In this document: positions 39,123 to 51,027 of the stretch, piece by piece
Numbering within the stretch: the first letter of the stretch is position 1
Layout of the letters: each line of letters begins with the position of its first letter
From: an uncultured Methylomirabilota bacterium
GTDB lineage: Bacteria > Methylomirabilota > Methylomirabilia > Methylomirabilales > 2-02-FULL-66-22
NCBI GenBank assembly: GCA_963705305.1
Contig: OY970067.1
Span: 288,001-352,000 of the forward strand
Direction: 5' to 3'
DNA: 64,000 nt
Program-made: the position numbers and the translations under genes
Notes under the pieces: generated by a model
What the model was told of the DNA's origin: nothing
Seen by the model: only the letters and a program-made list of their open reading frames with translations
The model's database searches: none

Positions 39123-39851
39123 TCAGGCATGCGAGTAATGGCTCCCCAGATAGGCGCTGATCACCGCGGGATCCGCGGCGATATCCCTGGGGCCGCCCTC
39201 GGCGATCTTCCGTCCGTGATCCAGGACGACGATATGCTGGGCGACGGCCATGACGGCGCGCATGACGTGCTCGACGATCACGATGGTCAGTCCCCGCCTC
39301 GAGAGCTGCCCCACCAGCGCGACAGCTTGGTCGGTCTCGGCCGGGTTCAGCCCGGCGATGACCTCGTCCAGCAGAAGGAGGCGGGGCTCTGTCGCCAGCG
39401 CCCGGGCCAGCTCCAGCCGCCGTTGGTCGATGGCGTTCAAGTCGCACGCCAGGCGGTCTTCCATGGCCGACAGCCCCACGAACTTGATCGCCTCGCGGGC
39501 CCGCCTGCGGGCCGCCTGCAGGTTCTTGTCGCGGAGCAGCGCGCCGGTGATCACGTTCGCCAGCACCGTCATCTTGCCGAACGGCCGGGCCACTTGGAAG
39601 GTGCGGGCGAGGCCGCGCACACACACGTCATACGGCCGCAGGCCCACCAGCTCGTGGCCAAAGGCCAGGATCGACCCCGCATCGGGGCGATAGTAGCCGG
39701 TAATGAGGTTGAAGCACGTGGTCTTGCCGGCCCCATTCGGCCCGATGAGGGCGACGGTTTGCCCTTCCCCCACCGAAAAGGAGAGGTCCTGGACGGCGCG
39801 CAAGCCGCCAAACCGCTTGCTGAGCCCATGAACCGCCAGCACCTCACCCAT
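39123..39851 (-). CDS. ABC ATPase (LivG-like)
   Basis: GPNGAGKTT, LDEVIAGLN, IVEH. Confidence 0.9.
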   Translation of the reverse strand: MGEVLAVHGLSKRFGGLRAVQDLSFSVGEGQTVALIGPNGAGKTTCFNLITGYYRPDAGSILAFGHELVGLRPYDVCVRGLARTFQVARPFGKMTVLANVITGALLRDKNLQAARRRAREAIKFVGLSAMEDRLACDLNAIDQRRLELARALATEPRLLLLDEVIAGLNPAETDQAVALVGQLSRRGLTIVIVEHVMRAVMAVAQHIVVLDHGRKIAEGGPRDIAADPAVISAYLGSHYSHA

Positions 39852-40878
39852 CCAGCGGAGCCCCTTTCTGCGCGGCGGCCGTCGCGGCCCGGCTGCCGCC
39901 TGGGGCGGCCCCGACCAGGCGATCGTAGGCGCCGGTCAGGACTCCCAACAGCCCGGTGGGCCGCCACAGGATGACGGCCATCAGGATGATCGCGTAGAGC
40001 GTCAACTGCACGCCGCCATGAGCCCCGCCAAGCCAGCTCTGCATCAGAGCGGAGGTCGGCTCCAGCAGCACGGTGCCGATGACCGGCCCCCACAGCGTGC
40101 CAATCCCCCCGACGATCGCGACCAGCGCCGCCTCCACCGAGACGTTGAAGTTGAAGACGGTGTTCGGGTCGATGAAATAGATGTACTGCACGTAGAAGGT
40201 CCCGGCCAGGCCGGTGAGGAACGCGCTGATCAGGAAGATGTTCCGCTTGATCCGCGGGACGTTTACCCCCACGGCCTCCGCCGCATCCTGATCCTCCCCC
40301 AGGGCGACCAGGTAATAGCCCATCCAGGATCGCTCGACCCAGTGGGTGGTCCCCAGGGCCATCGCCAGCAGGGCAAGGGCAATGTAGTAATAGGCGGCCT
40401 TGGCGTCGAACTGCATCATCAAGGGGGAGTTGCCCAGGTTGGGAATGGTGGTGCCCTCGGCGCCCCAGGCGAAATCGCGGAATTTCAGGAACAGCAGCAT
40501 CAAGACTTCGGCCACCCCGATCGTGGCGATGGCGAAATAGGCGCCCCGCAGCCGGAAGCAGAGGATGCCGATCGGCAGGCTGGCCAGCATCGCCACCACG
40601 CCGCCGGCCACGATGCCGATCCAGGGGGACACGCCGTACCGGATGAGCAGGATGGTGGAGGTGTAGGCTCCGAGGCCGAAGAACGCCGCGTGCCCCAGGG
40701 ACAGCTGCTTGGCGTAACCGCCCAGCAGGTTCCAGGCCACCCCGATGAAGGAGAAGAGCAGCACCCGGATGAAGATGTCGACGGCGAAGGGGCTCGACAC
40801 GATCTGGGGCAGGAGGACGAGACCCAGCGCCGCCGCCGCGAGCCCCATCCCGGCCGCAGGACGCAGCCGACGCTTCAT
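39844..40878 (-). CDS. ABC permease (LivM-like)
   Basis: WNLLGGYAKQLSLGHAAFFG, RLRGAYFAIAT; start MKRRL overlaps the upstream stop. Confidence 0.88.
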   Translation of the reverse strand: MKRRLRPAAGMGLAAAALGLVLLPQIVSSPFAVDIFIRVLLFSFIGVAWNLLGGYAKQLSLGHAAFFGLGAYTSTILLIRYGVSPWIGIVAGGVVAMLASLPIGILCFRLRGAYFAIATIGVAEVLMLLFLKFRDFAWGAEGTTIPNLGNSPLMMQFDAKAAYYYIALALLAMALGTTHWVERSWMGYYLVALGEDQDAAEAVGVNVPRIKRNIFLISAFLTGLAGTFYVQYIYFIDPNTVFNFNVSVEAALVAIVGGIGTLWGPVIGTVLLEPTSALMQSWLGGAHGGVQLTLYAIILMAVILWRPTGLLGVLTGAYDRLVGAAPGGSRAATAAAQKGAPLDG

Positions 40879-41744
40879 GTGGTCCGTCCCTTGTAGAGGC
40901 CGCTGGGCCGGATGGCCAGGGTCAGGAGCAGCACCGCGAACACCACGATCAGCCCCGAGTCCGCCCCGACGAACTGAATGCCCAGCGACTCCGCCATCCC
41001 CATCATCAGGCTGGCGATCAGCGCGCCCTTGACGTTGCCCATCGTCCCCAGCACGACGGCCACGAACGCCAGGAGCACGAACACCTGCCCCACCGAGGGA
41101 TACACGGAGTAGAAGGGCATGATCAGCGAGCCGGCGGCGCCCGCCAATGCCAGCGACAGGCCCACGGCGATCTCGAACACATGATACGGATTGACGCCCA
41201 TCAGCATGGCCACGTCCGGGTTCTGTGCCGCGGCCCGCATGGCCTTCCCCAGATCGGTGGCGCGCAGGAAAACTTCCAGGGCGCCGCTCAGCAGCATGGC
41301 CAGCCCGAAGGCGATCAGCCGGGCCACCCCCACGTACACGGGTCCGATGCGTATGGCGGACTCCGTGAAGCTCGTGGTGACAGTCCGATAATCGGCGGTG
41401 AACAGCAGCAGCGCAAGGTTGATGAGCAGCAGCGACAGCGCAAAGGTGAGGAAGATCTGCGGCATGTCGCCGAGCCCCAGGACCCTCCGGATCAGGAATC
41501 GCTGCAGCAGCACGCCGACGACGAACAGCATCGGCATCGAGACCACCAACGACGCGATCGGGTCCAGCCCGATGCGGGAGGCCAGCCAGTAGCTGATGTA
41601 CATGCCGATCATCACGAACTCGCCCTGGGCGAAGTTGACGATCTTCACCACGCCGAAGATCAGCGTCACGCCGATGCTCACGAGGGCGTAGATCCCCCCG
41701 ATGAGCAGGCCGTTCACCAGGGCCTGAGCGACGACAGTTGCCAC
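40875..41744 (-). CDS. ABC permease (LivH-like)
   Basis: NGLLIGGIYALVSIGVTLIFG, GKAMRAAAQN. Confidence 0.9.
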   Translation of the reverse strand: MATVVAQALVNGLLIGGIYALVSIGVTLIFGVVKIVNFAQGEFVMIGMYISYWLASRIGLDPIASLVVSMPMLFVVGVLLQRFLIRRVLGLGDMPQIFLTFALSLLLINLALLLFTADYRTVTTSFTESAIRIGPVYVGVARLIAFGLAMLLSGALEVFLRATDLGKAMRAAAQNPDVAMLMGVNPYHVFEIAVGLSLALAGAAGSLIMPFYSVYPSVGQVFVLLAFVAVVLGTMGNVKGALIASLMMGMAESLGIQFVGADSGLIVVFAVLLLTLAIRPSGLYKGRTT

Positions 41745-41765
41745 GTACGATCCCTGTGCTAGCCG

Positions 41766-42998
41766 CTACGGTTTTATCAACTGGGCTCGGGCGTCCTCTT
41801 TGGGGAAGACGCTCACCAGGTCGCCCTTCTGCCACTGGACGCCTACCGGATGGCCGTAGATATTCTTGCCGGTCTGGTCGAACTTCACCTTCCCGCCCGG
41901 ACACATCGCGGCGTAGCCCTTGGAAACGTCGAGGGCGGCCAACGCATCCCGCACCTTCTGCGGATCGGGTGACGCCGCCCGCTCGAGCGCATCGGCGATC
42001 ATGAACGTCTGGGCCACCAAGCCGCCCGCATACTCGAAAATGAACTTCCCGTACATCTTCTGGTACACCGCATTCACGGCCTTCGCATCGGCCGTAACAT
42101 CGTGGTTCCAGTGGGCCACACCCAGCAGCCCCTCCGCGTCCTTGCCCGCATTCTTGTAGAAGTCGGGGTGCACGAAGCCTCCCGAGCCGCCGTTGACGGG
42201 GATGTTGACCCCCATCTGCTTCATCGTGCGGACGATGAGGACCAGGTCATTCAGATACGACACGGCGAACAGCATGCTGGCGCCGGAGGCCTTGACCTTG
42301 TTGATGAGCGGGGCGGCATCGGCGAAGCCAGCCGAGTACGGCTCGAACATGACGATCTCCACGCCCTCGCCGGGCGCCTGTTGCTGGAGACCGTTGGAGG
42401 TCGAAGTTCCGAAGGCGGTATTTTCGAACACCACCGCCACCCTGGGCTTGTCGCTGATCAGCTTGGCCATCTGCAGTTGCGCCTTGGCAAACTGGGAGGC
42501 CCGGGCGAAGGGGGTGAAGGTATACTTGCGGCCTCCCTGATTGAGCTGGTCCGAGCTCGAGCCGGTGAGGAGCGGCACCCTGTGCCGCTCGGCCACCTCG
42601 CTGGTAATCAGCGTCAGGGCGCTGGCGTAGGAGCCGTGAACGGCGGAGAGCTTGTAGCTGGTGATCAGCCGCTCCGTCTCTGTGCGCGTCACCGTGGTAT
42701 CGCTCTGCACGTCGGAGAGGATCAGGTTCAGCTTGGCGCCTCCCAGCGATTTGATCCCGCCGCGGTCGTTGACCATCTGGACGGCCAGCTTGGCGGCGTT
42801 GACGCAGTCCTGCCCGATCTGTCCGAAGCTTCCGGTGACCGGATACAGTCCGGCGATGTTGACTGCGGGCGGTGCGGCCCCGGCGATGCGCGGGGCGAGC
42901 ACCCCTGTGGCGAAGGCGCCCCCGACTGCGGTGGCCAGAAAGTCTCTCCGAGTATACTGTCGCGCTGATGACTTGCCTCGGGACTTTGACGCTGTCAT
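41766..42998 (-). CDS. Tat-exported ABC substrate-binding protein (LivK type)
   Basis: TRRDFL twin-arginine signal, LYPVTG, VNDRGGIKSLGG. Confidence 0.9.
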   Translation of the reverse strand: MTASKSRGKSSARQYTRRDFLATAVGGAFATGVLAPRIAGAAPPAVNIAGLYPVTGSFGQIGQDCVNAAKLAVQMVNDRGGIKSLGGAKLNLILSDVQSDTTVTRTETERLITSYKLSAVHGSYASALTLITSEVAERHRVPLLTGSSSDQLNQGGRKYTFTPFARASQFAKAQLQMAKLISDKPRVAVVFENTAFGTSTSNGLQQQAPGEGVEIVMFEPYSAGFADAAPLINKVKASGASMLFAVSYLNDLVLIVRTMKQMGVNIPVNGGSGGFVHPDFYKNAGKDAEGLLGVAHWNHDVTADAKAVNAVYQKMYGKFIFEYAGGLVAQTFMIADALERAASPDPQKVRDALAALDVSKGYAAMCPGGKVKFDQTGKNIYGHPVGVQWQKGDLVSVFPKEDARAQLIKP

Positions 42999-43228
42999 CT
43001 CTTCCCTCCTTGCAATCAGGACCTAGGGCCTGTTCTCGGCCCCCGCCGGCCCTGCGGGGGCGTTCCGGTACCTCGAATCAAAGCCGGTGGGCTTCGTGGA
43101 CTGTGGAGTCTTAACCCCTTGCCAGCTCGAGGGGTGTGTCGGCTCAAGATTGGTGTCGCATCATACGGGATGTTAGCGATTATGACAAGCGTTACTGTCT
43201 GCAATTCCCCCGGGGGCCGCCGGCCTCG

Positions 43229-44683
43229 TCACTTCCCCTCGGGTCCAGCCGCCGAGGAGATGGCGGACGCGTTCCAGCCCCCGCCCAGCGCTTCGATTAA
43301 GAGGACACTGGCCACCATCCGGCGACCTTGGATGGCAACGGCGGTGCTCTCGTTCGCCAGGGCCGCCGTCTGGGCCACGATGACGTTGAGGTAGCTGACG
43401 GTCCCCGCCTTGTATTGGTTCGTGGTCAACACCACCGACTCCCGGGCCGCCTTCACCGCCTCATCCTGGACCCGCGCCTCGTCCTCCAGGATGCGAAGAG
43501 CGGCGAGATTGTCTTCGACCGCCTGGAAGGCGGCAAGCACGGCCTGACGATAGGACGCCACCGTGGCGTCATAGGCCGCCCGCGCCTGCATGACCTCGGC
43601 CCGGCGCAACCCCCCGTCGAAGACGGTCTCCGAGATCGCCGGCCCGATCGCCCAGAGCCGGCTGGGCCAGGAAAGCCAATCCGAGAATCGTGAGCTCTCG
43701 AACCCTCCGGATGCGCCCAAGGTGAGGGTTGGGTAGAAGGCCGCCTGGGCCACCCCGATCTGGGCGTTGGCTGCCGCGATCTGCCGCTCTGCGGCGGCGA
43801 TGTCCGGCCGGCGCTCGAGGAGCTCGGAGGGGACGCCGACAGGGATCGGCGGCGGCACGGCCGCGAGGGGCGCCACCGGGAGGGAGAAGGTGGATGCGGA
43901 CGTTCCGATCAGGGCCGCGATGGCATGCTCGAGCTGCGTCCGCTGCACGCCGACATCGATGGCCTGGGCCTGGACGGTCTTGAGCTGCGTCTCTGCCTGG
44001 ACGACATCCGCCCTGGAGGCCACCCCGCTCGCGTATTGATTCTGCGTGAGCTGGAGCGCCTTCTGGTCGGCCGCGACGGTTGCATCCAAGAGCTGGCGCT
44101 GAGCGTCGAGTTCCCGCAGGGTGAAGTAGCTCTGGGCCAGGGTAGCCTGGGCGCTCAGGCGGGCGGATTCGAGGTCGGCCGCACTCGCCTGGGCGGTCGC
44201 CTGCTGGGACTCGACTGTGCGCCGAATCCGCCCCCAGAGATCGGGTTCCCACGACGCGTCGAGGGGCAAGGAGTATTCCGTGAGAGTCTGGGCGGTCGAT
44301 AATCCCTGGCCGCCGATGGTCAGCTGGCGCAAGCGCGTGACCCCGATTCCGACGGAAAGGGACGGGAAGTAGCTCGCCCGTGCCGCCTGGACCGCCGCGC
44401 GAGCCTGCCGGACCTGGGCCTCCGCCGCGGCCAGGGTCTGGTTGGAGAGGCTGACTTGGACCTCGAGGGTGCTCAACAACGGATCGTGGAAGATCTCCCA
44501 CCATGCCCCCCGGAGGGTCGCGTCCTGCGGTGTCGCCACCTTCCAGTCTTTCAACTCCTTGTAGGCAGGAGGAGACGCGACCGGCGGCCGCATGTATTTG
44601 GGGCCGACCGTGCAGGCGGCACACAGGGTGAGTACCCCGCTGATTGTTAGGAGTGCGATCCACCGGACGTTCATGCGAAGCAT
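43229..44683 (-). CDS. Outer-membrane efflux lipoprotein (NodT/OprM family)
   Basis: Lipobox CAAC-TVGPKY, WWEIFHDP, SWEPDLWG, PSELLERRPDI, ALGGGW. Confidence 0.92.
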   Translation of the reverse strand: MLRMNVRWIALLTISGVLTLCAACTVGPKYMRPPVASPPAYKELKDWKVATPQDATLRGAWWEIFHDPLLSTLEVQVSLSNQTLAAAEAQVRQARAAVQAARASYFPSLSVGIGVTRLRQLTIGGQGLSTAQTLTEYSLPLDASWEPDLWGRIRRTVESQQATAQASAADLESARLSAQATLAQSYFTLRELDAQRQLLDATVAADQKALQLTQNQYASGVASRADVVQAETQLKTVQAQAIDVGVQRTQLEHAIAALIGTSASTFSLPVAPLAAVPPPIPVGVPSELLERRPDIAAAERQIAAANAQIGVAQAAFYPTLTLGASGGFESSRFSDWLSWPSRLWAIGPAISETVFDGGLRRAEVMQARAAYDATVASYRQAVLAAFQAVEDNLAALRILEDEARVQDEAVKAARESVVLTTNQYKAGTVSYLNVIVAQTAALANESTAVAIQGRRMVASVLLIEALGGGWNASAISSAAGPEGK

Positions 44684-44782
44684 TAGACCGTCACCTCACT
44701 CCCCGGGTCCCGCTGCCCGGCCTGCTTCAGGCCGAGCTCGCCCGGGGGATGGACCAGCGTCCCGAGCGGCTCCTCCGGCACC

Positions 44783-47700
44783 TCACAGGCCGGCCGGACG
44801 GGGAGCCGTATCGCGAGTAACCTGCGGTCTCTGCCTGCCCCGCAGCCGCTCGACCCACAGCCGGAACCGGTCCAGGTACAGATACACCACCGGCGTCGTG
44901 TACAGCGTGAGCAGCTGGCTGATCAGCAGCCCCCCGACGATGGAGATGCCCAGCGGGCGGCGCAGCTCCGACCCGACCCCCGTCCCGAGGGCCAGGGGCA
45001 GCGCCCCCAGGAGCGCGGCCATGGTCGTCATCATGATGGGCCGGAAGCGCAGCAGGCAGGCCTCGTAGATCGCCTCGAGGGGGGGCTTCCCCCCTTTCCG
45101 CTCCGCCTCCAGAGCGAAGTCGATCATCATGATGGCGTTCTTCTTCACGATCCCGATCAGAAGGATGATGCCGATGAGGGCGATGACGCTGAGATCAGTC
45201 CGGCAGAGGAGCAGCGCCAGGATGGCGCCCACCCCCGCCGAGGGGAGCGTGGACAGGATCGTGATCGGGTGGATGTAGCTTTCGTACAGCACCCCCAGGA
45301 CGATGTAGACGGCCACCAGCGCCGCCAGGATCAGGATGGGCTCGTTCGCCAGCGAGGCCTCAAAGGCCTGGGCGGTGCCCTGGAAGCTCCCCCGGACGCT
45401 CGCCGGGATGCCCAGCTGCCGCGTGGCCTGCTGGACCGCCGTCACGGCCTGCCCGAGGGCCACCCCCGGGGCCAGATTGAACGAGAGGGTCACCGCCGGG
45501 AACTGGCCCTGGTGGTTGACCGAAAGCGCCGTCGTGGTGGGCTGGTAATGCGTGAAGGCGCTGAGCGGCACGGGGGACCCTGTCGGCGGCCGGACATAGA
45601 TGTCCCGCAGGGTCTCCGGGCGCTGCCAGTACTCCGGGGCAACCTCCATCACGACGTGGTACTGGTTGAGCTGGGTGTACATGATGGAGACCTGCTCCTG
45701 GCCGAAAGCGTCGTAGAGAGTGTTGTCGATGAGCTGCGAGCTGATGCCGAGCCGGGACGCCGTGCTGCGGTCGATTGCCAGTGTCGCCTGCAGCCCCCGG
45801 TCCTGCTGATCGCTGCTCACGTCGCGCAACTCGGGCAGCGCGCGCAGCCGCTGCTCGACCCGCGGGGCCCAGGCGGTGAGGTCCGCCACTCGATCGCTCT
45901 CGAGCGTGTATTGGTATTGGGCATTGCTCAGCCGGCCCCCGACCCGAAGGTCTTGGACCGCCTGGAGGAACGCCGGGGCACCCGGCACGGCGGCGAGCCT
46001 TTGCCGCAGCCGGCCGATCACCTGATCGGCACTCACCGACCGCTGCCCCTGGGGTTTCAGAGCGATGAACATGCGGCCGGTGTTGGTCGTGGCCCCTCCG
46101 CCCCCGGTCCCCCCCGTGAAACCGGCCACCTGGTCCACCGCCGGATCGCTCTGGATGATCTTCACCACCTCCGTCAGCTTGTCCCGCATGGCCTGGAACG
46201 AGATGTCCTGGGCCGCCTGGATGCTCCCGCCCAGGCGCCCTGTATCCTGCTGTGGGAAGAATCCCTTCGGGATAACGACGAAGAGGTAAATGTTCACCCC
46301 CACGGTCAGCAGGGTGAGGGCGAGCATGAAACGCGCGTGGTGAAGCGCCCACGACACCGTGATGTCGTAGCGCCGGTGCATCCAGTCGAATACCCGCTCG
46401 CTGGCGCGGTGGATCGGGCCATGGCCGCGGGCGCTTTGGGGCTGCAGAAGCCGCGCGCACATCATGGGGGTCGTGGTCAGGGAAACCAGCAGGGACACCG
46501 CGATGGCCACCGAGAGCACCACGGCGAATTCCCGGAACAGGCGGCCCACGATCCCTCCCATCAGAAGGATTGGGGTGAACACCGCCACCAGGGAGAGGCT
46601 CATCGACAGGACGGTGAAGGAGATTTCTCGCGCCCCCCGGAGCGCGGCCTGATGGGGGGTCATGCCTTGCTCGATGTACCGGGTGATGTTCTCGAGGACG
46701 ACTATGGCGTCATCCACAACAAAGCCGGTGGCGATGGTAAGCGCCATGAGCGAGAGATTATCCAGGCTGTACCCCCAGAGATACATCACCCCGAAGGTGC
46801 TGACGAGCGACACCGGAACCGCGATGCCCGGGATGAGGGTCGACCGGACGTTCCGCAGGAAGGCGAATACCACCAGAATCACGAGCCCGATGGCGATCAG
46901 GAGCGTGCGCTCGACATCGCGCAGAGAGGCGCGAATCGGCGGCGTGCGATCCAGGGTGACCGACAGGCTGACGTTGCCGGGCACGGTGGCTTCCAGTTGC
47001 GGCAGCAGGCTCCGGACGCGATCCACCGTCTCGATGATGTTGGCGCCGGGCTGCCGGAATACGATGATCATCACAGCCGGCTTGCCATTCACCAGCCCCA
47101 TCGTGCGCACATCCTCCACCGAATCCCGGACCTCGGCCACATCCGACAGTCGAACAGCGCTTCCGCCATTGTAGGCGACGATCAGGGGCCGATACTGCTC
47201 GGCGAGATGCAGTTGATCGTTCGTCCAGATTTGCCAGACCTTGGCACCGTCCGTCAGCTGCCCCTTGGGCCGATTCACGTTGGTGCCGGCCAACATGGTA
47301 CGCACATCCGCGAGGCCGAGCCCGTACTTGCTGAGCGCGGTGGGGTTCAGCTCCACGCGGACGGACGGCAGCGCCCCGCCCCCTACGAACACCTGCCCGA
47401 CCCCCTCGACCTGCGAGAGCTTCTGCGACAAGATAGTCGAGGCCGCGTCGTACATCTGCCCACGACTGACCGTGTCGGAAGTGAGCGACAGGATGAGGAT
47501 GGGCGCGTCCGCCGGATTCACCTTCCGGTAGGTCGGCTCGCTCGGCAAGTTCGAAGGCAGGTACCCGCGCGCGGCGTTGATCGCCGCCTGGACGTCCCGG
47601 GCTGCGCCGTCGATATTGCGGCTCAGGTCGAATTGCAGGACGATCCCGGTGGAGCCCCGATAACTCGTGGAGGTCATCTCGGTCACGCCCGCGATGCGAC

Positions 47701-47914
47701 TGAACTGGCGCTCGAGCGGCGTGGCCACCGATGTCGCCATGGTCTCGGGATCTGCCCCCGGCAGCGACGCCGATACCTGGATGGTCGGAAAATCCACCTC
47801 CGGGAGGGCGGACACGGGAAGCAGGCGGAACGCGATCGCACCGGCCAGCAACAGCCCTGCCGTCAAGAGCGTCGTCGCAACCGGCCGGCCGATGAAGATG
47901 CGCGAGATGTTCAT
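44783..47914 (-). CDS. mdtC: RND efflux permease MdtC/MuxC-like
   Basis: 1043 aa; [35 protein letters not shown]; third gene of an MFP-RND-RND-OMF operon. Confidence 0.88.
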   Translation of the reverse strand: MNISRIFIGRPVATTLLTAGLLLAGAIAFRLLPVSALPEVDFPTIQVSASLPGADPETMATSVATPLERQFSRIAGVTEMTSTSYRGSTGIVLQFDLSRNIDGAARDVQAAINAARGYLPSNLPSEPTYRKVNPADAPILILSLTSDTVSRGQMYDAASTILSQKLSQVEGVGQVFVGGGALPSVRVELNPTALSKYGLGLADVRTMLAGTNVNRPKGQLTDGAKVWQIWTNDQLHLAEQYRPLIVAYNGGSAVRLSDVAEVRDSVEDVRTMGLVNGKPAVMIIVFRQPGANIIETVDRVRSLLPQLEATVPGNVSLSVTLDRTPPIRASLRDVERTLLIAIGLVILVVFAFLRNVRSTLIPGIAVPVSLVSTFGVMYLWGYSLDNLSLMALTIATGFVVDDAIVVLENITRYIEQGMTPHQAALRGAREISFTVLSMSLSLVAVFTPILLMGGIVGRLFREFAVVLSVAIAVSLLVSLTTTPMMCARLLQPQSARGHGPIHRASERVFDWMHRRYDITVSWALHHARFMLALTLLTVGVNIYLFVVIPKGFFPQQDTGRLGGSIQAAQDISFQAMRDKLTEVVKIIQSDPAVDQVAGFTGGTGGGGATTNTGRMFIALKPQGQRSVSADQVIGRLRQRLAAVPGAPAFLQAVQDLRVGGRLSNAQYQYTLESDRVADLTAWAPRVEQRLRALPELRDVSSDQQDRGLQATLAIDRSTASRLGISSQLIDNTLYDAFGQEQVSIMYTQLNQYHVVMEVAPEYWQRPETLRDIYVRPPTGSPVPLSAFTHYQPTTTALSVNHQGQFPAVTLSFNLAPGVALGQAVTAVQQATRQLGIPASVRGSFQGTAQAFEASLANEPILILAALVAVYIVLGVLYESYIHPITILSTLPSAGVGAILALLLCRTDLSVIALIGIILLIGIVKKNAIMMIDFALEAERKGGKPPLEAIYEACLLRFRPIMMTTMAALLGALPLALGTGVGSELRRPLGISIVGGLLISQLLTLYTTPVVYLYLDRFRLWVERLRGRQRPQVTRDTAPRPAGL

Positions 47915-50900
47915 GCCGGCCTCATCCCCGCATCGCCGCCGCTTGGCTCCCCGCCTTTCGACCCGCGGAGGCGCCTGGCCAGCCGGTCGAAGGCGAGATA
48001 AATGACGGGCGTCGTGTACAGTGTGAGCAGCTGGCTAATCAGCAGCCCCCCGACGATGGAGATGCCCAGCGGGCGGCGCAGCTCCGATCCGACCCCCCTC
48101 CCGAGGGCCAGGGGCAACGCGCCCAGGAGCGCGGCCATGGTCGTCATCATGATGGGCCGGAAGCGCAGCAGGCAGGCCTGGTAGATCGCTTCGCGAGGAG
48201 ACTTGCCCTCCTTGCGCTCCGCCTCCAGGGCGAAGTCGACCATCATGATTCCGTTCTTCTTGACGATCCCGATCAGGAGGATGATGCCGATGAGGGCGAT
48301 GACGTTGAGTTCCGCCCGGCAGAGGAGGAGGGCCAGAATGGCGCCCACCCCCGCCGAGGGGAGCGTGGACAGGATCGTGATCGGGTGGATGTAGCTCTCG
48401 TACAGCACCCCCAGGACGATGTAGACGACCACCAGCGCCGCCAGGATGAGGAGGGGCTCGTTCGCCAGCGAGGCCCGGAACGCTTCGGCAGTGCCCTGGA
48501 AGCTACCCCGGATGCTGGCCGGCAGGCCCAGCTGCCGGGTGGCCCCCTCGACCGCCGACACCGCCTGCCCGAGGGCCACCCCCGGGGCCAGGTTGAACGA
48601 GAGGGTCACCGCCGGGAACTGGCCCTGGTGGCTCACGGCGAGAGGCGTCGTCGACTCGCTGATGCTCGCCACTGCCCTCAACGGCACTTGCCCGCCGCCC
48701 GCGCTGCGGAGATACACGGCCTGCAGCCCGCTCGGGTGTTGCCGAAAGGGAGGCTTGACCTCGAGCACGACGTGATACTGGTTCAATTGCGTGAAGATCG
48801 TGGAGACCTGCCGCTGGCCGAAGGCATCGTAGAGGGTGTCGTCGATGAGCTGCGTGTTGATGCCGAGCCGGGATGCCGTGCTGCGGTCGATTTGGAGGGA
48901 CGCCTGCAGCCCCTTGTCCTGCTGATCGCTGCTCACGTCGACCACCCCCGGCAGCGCGCGCAAGGCGTCGACCAGCTTCGGCGCCCAGTGGTTCAGCTCG
49001 TCCGCATTCGGGTCCTCGAGGCTGTACTGGTATTGCGTACGGCTCACCCGATCCTCGACGGTCAGGTCCTGCACCGGCTGGAGGTACAGCGTGATTCCCT
49101 CCACCCTCGCCAGCCTGGGCTGCAGGCGGCGAATGACCTCGCTCGCGCTCACCTTTCGCTCAGCCAGCGGTTTCAGGTTGATCTGGATGCGCCCGCTGTT
49201 GAGGGTCGTGTTCGTCCCGTCCACGCCGATGAACGACGACAGACTTTCCACGGCCGGATCCTGCACGATCGCCCTGCCCAGAGCCTGCTGCCGCTCGGCC
49301 ATGGCCGCGAACGAAATCGTCTGGGGGGCCTCCGAGATGCCCAGGATGACCCCGGTGTCCTGGACGGGGAAGAAGCCCTTTGGGGCGACATTGTACAGGT
49401 AGACGGTGAGTACGAGGGTGCCGATCGCCACCAGGAGGGTCGCCCCCTCCCGGCCCAGGACCCAGCGCAGCGTCGTTCCATAGAACGCGATGATCCGGTC
49501 GAACCAGCGCTGCGATACCCGATAGAACCACCCTTGCTCCTCCTCGGGCGTGCGTTGGAGCAGCCGCGCGCACATCATCGGCGTCAGGGTGAGCGACACC
49601 ACCGCCGAGATCAGGATGGTGGCCCCCAGGGTAATGGCGAACTCGCGGAACAGCCGGCCGACCACATCACCCATGAAAAGCAGGGGGATGAGCACGGCGA
49701 TGAGCGAGACGGTCAGGGACAGGATGGTGAATCCGATCTGCTCGGCGCCCTTGAGGGCGGCCTGCAGCGGAGGCTCCCCCTGCTCGATGAATCGATCGAT
49801 GTTCTCGATCATGACGATCGCGTCGTCCACTACGAAGCCGGTGGAAATCGTGAGGGCCATCAGGGACAGGTTGTTCAGGCTGAAGCCCAGCAGATACATG
49901 ATGCCGAACGTCCCGATCAGCGACAGGGGGGCGGCCACAGCCGGAATGGCCGTGGCGGAGGCGACGCGGAGAAAGAGAAAGATCACCATGATGACCAGCG
50001 CCACGGCCAGCATGAGCTCGAATTGCACGTCCTGGACCGAGGCCCGAATGGTCGTGGTCCGGTCGGTCAGTACGGACACCTTCACGGAGGCGGGCAATGT
50101 GCTCTCGATCTGTGGGAGCAGGCGCTTGATGCGGTCGACCACCTCGATGACGTTGGCGCCCGGCTGCCGCTGGATGTTGACGATCACCGCCGGGGTCTCG
50201 TTCATCCATGCCGCCTGGTTCACGTTCTCCGCGTCGTCGACCACGTCGGCCACGTCGGACAAATGGACCGGCGCCCCGTTGCGGTACGCGACGATCAGGG
50301 GCCGGTACTCGCCGCTGGTCAGCAGTTGGTCGTTCGCGCCGATGACATAGGCCTGGTGGGGGCCGTCAAAACTGCCCTTGGCCTGATTGACGTTTGCGGC
50401 CGCCACCGCCGCGCGCAGGTCCTCAAGGGTGAGGCCGTATGCCGCCAGGGCAGTCGGGTTGGCCTGGATGCGGACGGCCGGTCGCTGCCCCCCGCTGATG
50501 CTGACGAGGCCCACCCCCGAGAGCTGGGAGATCTTTTGCGCAAAGCGAGTATCCGCGAGGTCTTCAACCTGCGGCAGCGGCATGGCGTTCGACGCCAGGG
50601 CCAGGATCAGGATCGGCGCATCCGCCGGGTTCACCTTATTGTAGACGGGAGGATTGGGGAGATCCGCTGGCAGAAAGGTGTAGGCGGCATTGATGGCGGC
50701 CTGCACCTCCTGCTCGGCGACATCCAGGCTGAGGTCCAGGCTGAACTGGAGCGTGATCACCGAGCTGCCGCCGGAGCTGGTCGACATCATCTGGTTCAAT
50801 CCGGGCATTTGTCCGAACTGGCGCTCCAATGGAGCGGTGACCGACGAGGCCATGACGTCCGGACTGGCACCAGGGTAGAAGGTGAGGACTTGGATCGTCG

Positions 50901-51027
50901 GGTAATCGACCTGCGGCAAGGCCGAGACAGGCAGTTCCCGGTACGCCACGGCCCCCGCCAGCAGAATGGCGACCATCAGCAGCGTGGTGGCGACAGGCCG
51001 TAGGATGAAGAGCCGGGAGAAATTCAT
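47911..51027 (-). CDS. mdtB: RND efflux permease MdtB/MuxB-like
   Basis: 1038 aa; [37 protein letters not shown]. Confidence 0.9.
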   Translation of the reverse strand: MNFSRLFILRPVATTLLMVAILLAGAVAYRELPVSALPQVDYPTIQVLTFYPGASPDVMASSVTAPLERQFGQMPGLNQMMSTSSGGSSVITLQFSLDLSLDVAEQEVQAAINAAYTFLPADLPNPPVYNKVNPADAPILILALASNAMPLPQVEDLADTRFAQKISQLSGVGLVSISGGQRPAVRIQANPTALAAYGLTLEDLRAAVAAANVNQAKGSFDGPHQAYVIGANDQLLTSGEYRPLIVAYRNGAPVHLSDVADVVDDAENVNQAAWMNETPAVIVNIQRQPGANVIEVVDRIKRLLPQIESTLPASVKVSVLTDRTTTIRASVQDVQFELMLAVALVIMVIFLFLRVASATAIPAVAAPLSLIGTFGIMYLLGFSLNNLSLMALTISTGFVVDDAIVMIENIDRFIEQGEPPLQAALKGAEQIGFTILSLTVSLIAVLIPLLFMGDVVGRLFREFAITLGATILISAVVSLTLTPMMCARLLQRTPEEEQGWFYRVSQRWFDRIIAFYGTTLRWVLGREGATLLVAIGTLVLTVYLYNVAPKGFFPVQDTGVILGISEAPQTISFAAMAERQQALGRAIVQDPAVESLSSFIGVDGTNTTLNSGRIQINLKPLAERKVSASEVIRRLQPRLARVEGITLYLQPVQDLTVEDRVSRTQYQYSLEDPNADELNHWAPKLVDALRALPGVVDVSSDQQDKGLQASLQIDRSTASRLGINTQLIDDTLYDAFGQRQVSTIFTQLNQYHVVLEVKPPFRQHPSGLQAVYLRSAGGGQVPLRAVASISESTTPLAVSHQGQFPAVTLSFNLAPGVALGQAVSAVEGATRQLGLPASIRGSFQGTAEAFRASLANEPLLILAALVVVYIVLGVLYESYIHPITILSTLPSAGVGAILALLLCRAELNVIALIGIILLIGIVKKNGIMMVDFALEAERKEGKSPREAIYQACLLRFRPIMMTTMAALLGALPLALGRGVGSELRRPLGISIVGGLLISQLLTLYTTPVIYLAFDRLARRLRGSKGGEPSGGDAGMRPA

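Noticed and set aside
40879..41904. N-terminal extension of the LivM-like ORF (686 aa)
   Set aside because: Alternative frame over the LivH-like gene; the real start is 40878
44890..48190. mdtB/mdtC duplicated segment considered as a DGR template/variable repeat pair
   Set aside because: No reverse transcriptase, mismatches are not adenine-specific, and both copies are coding paralogs
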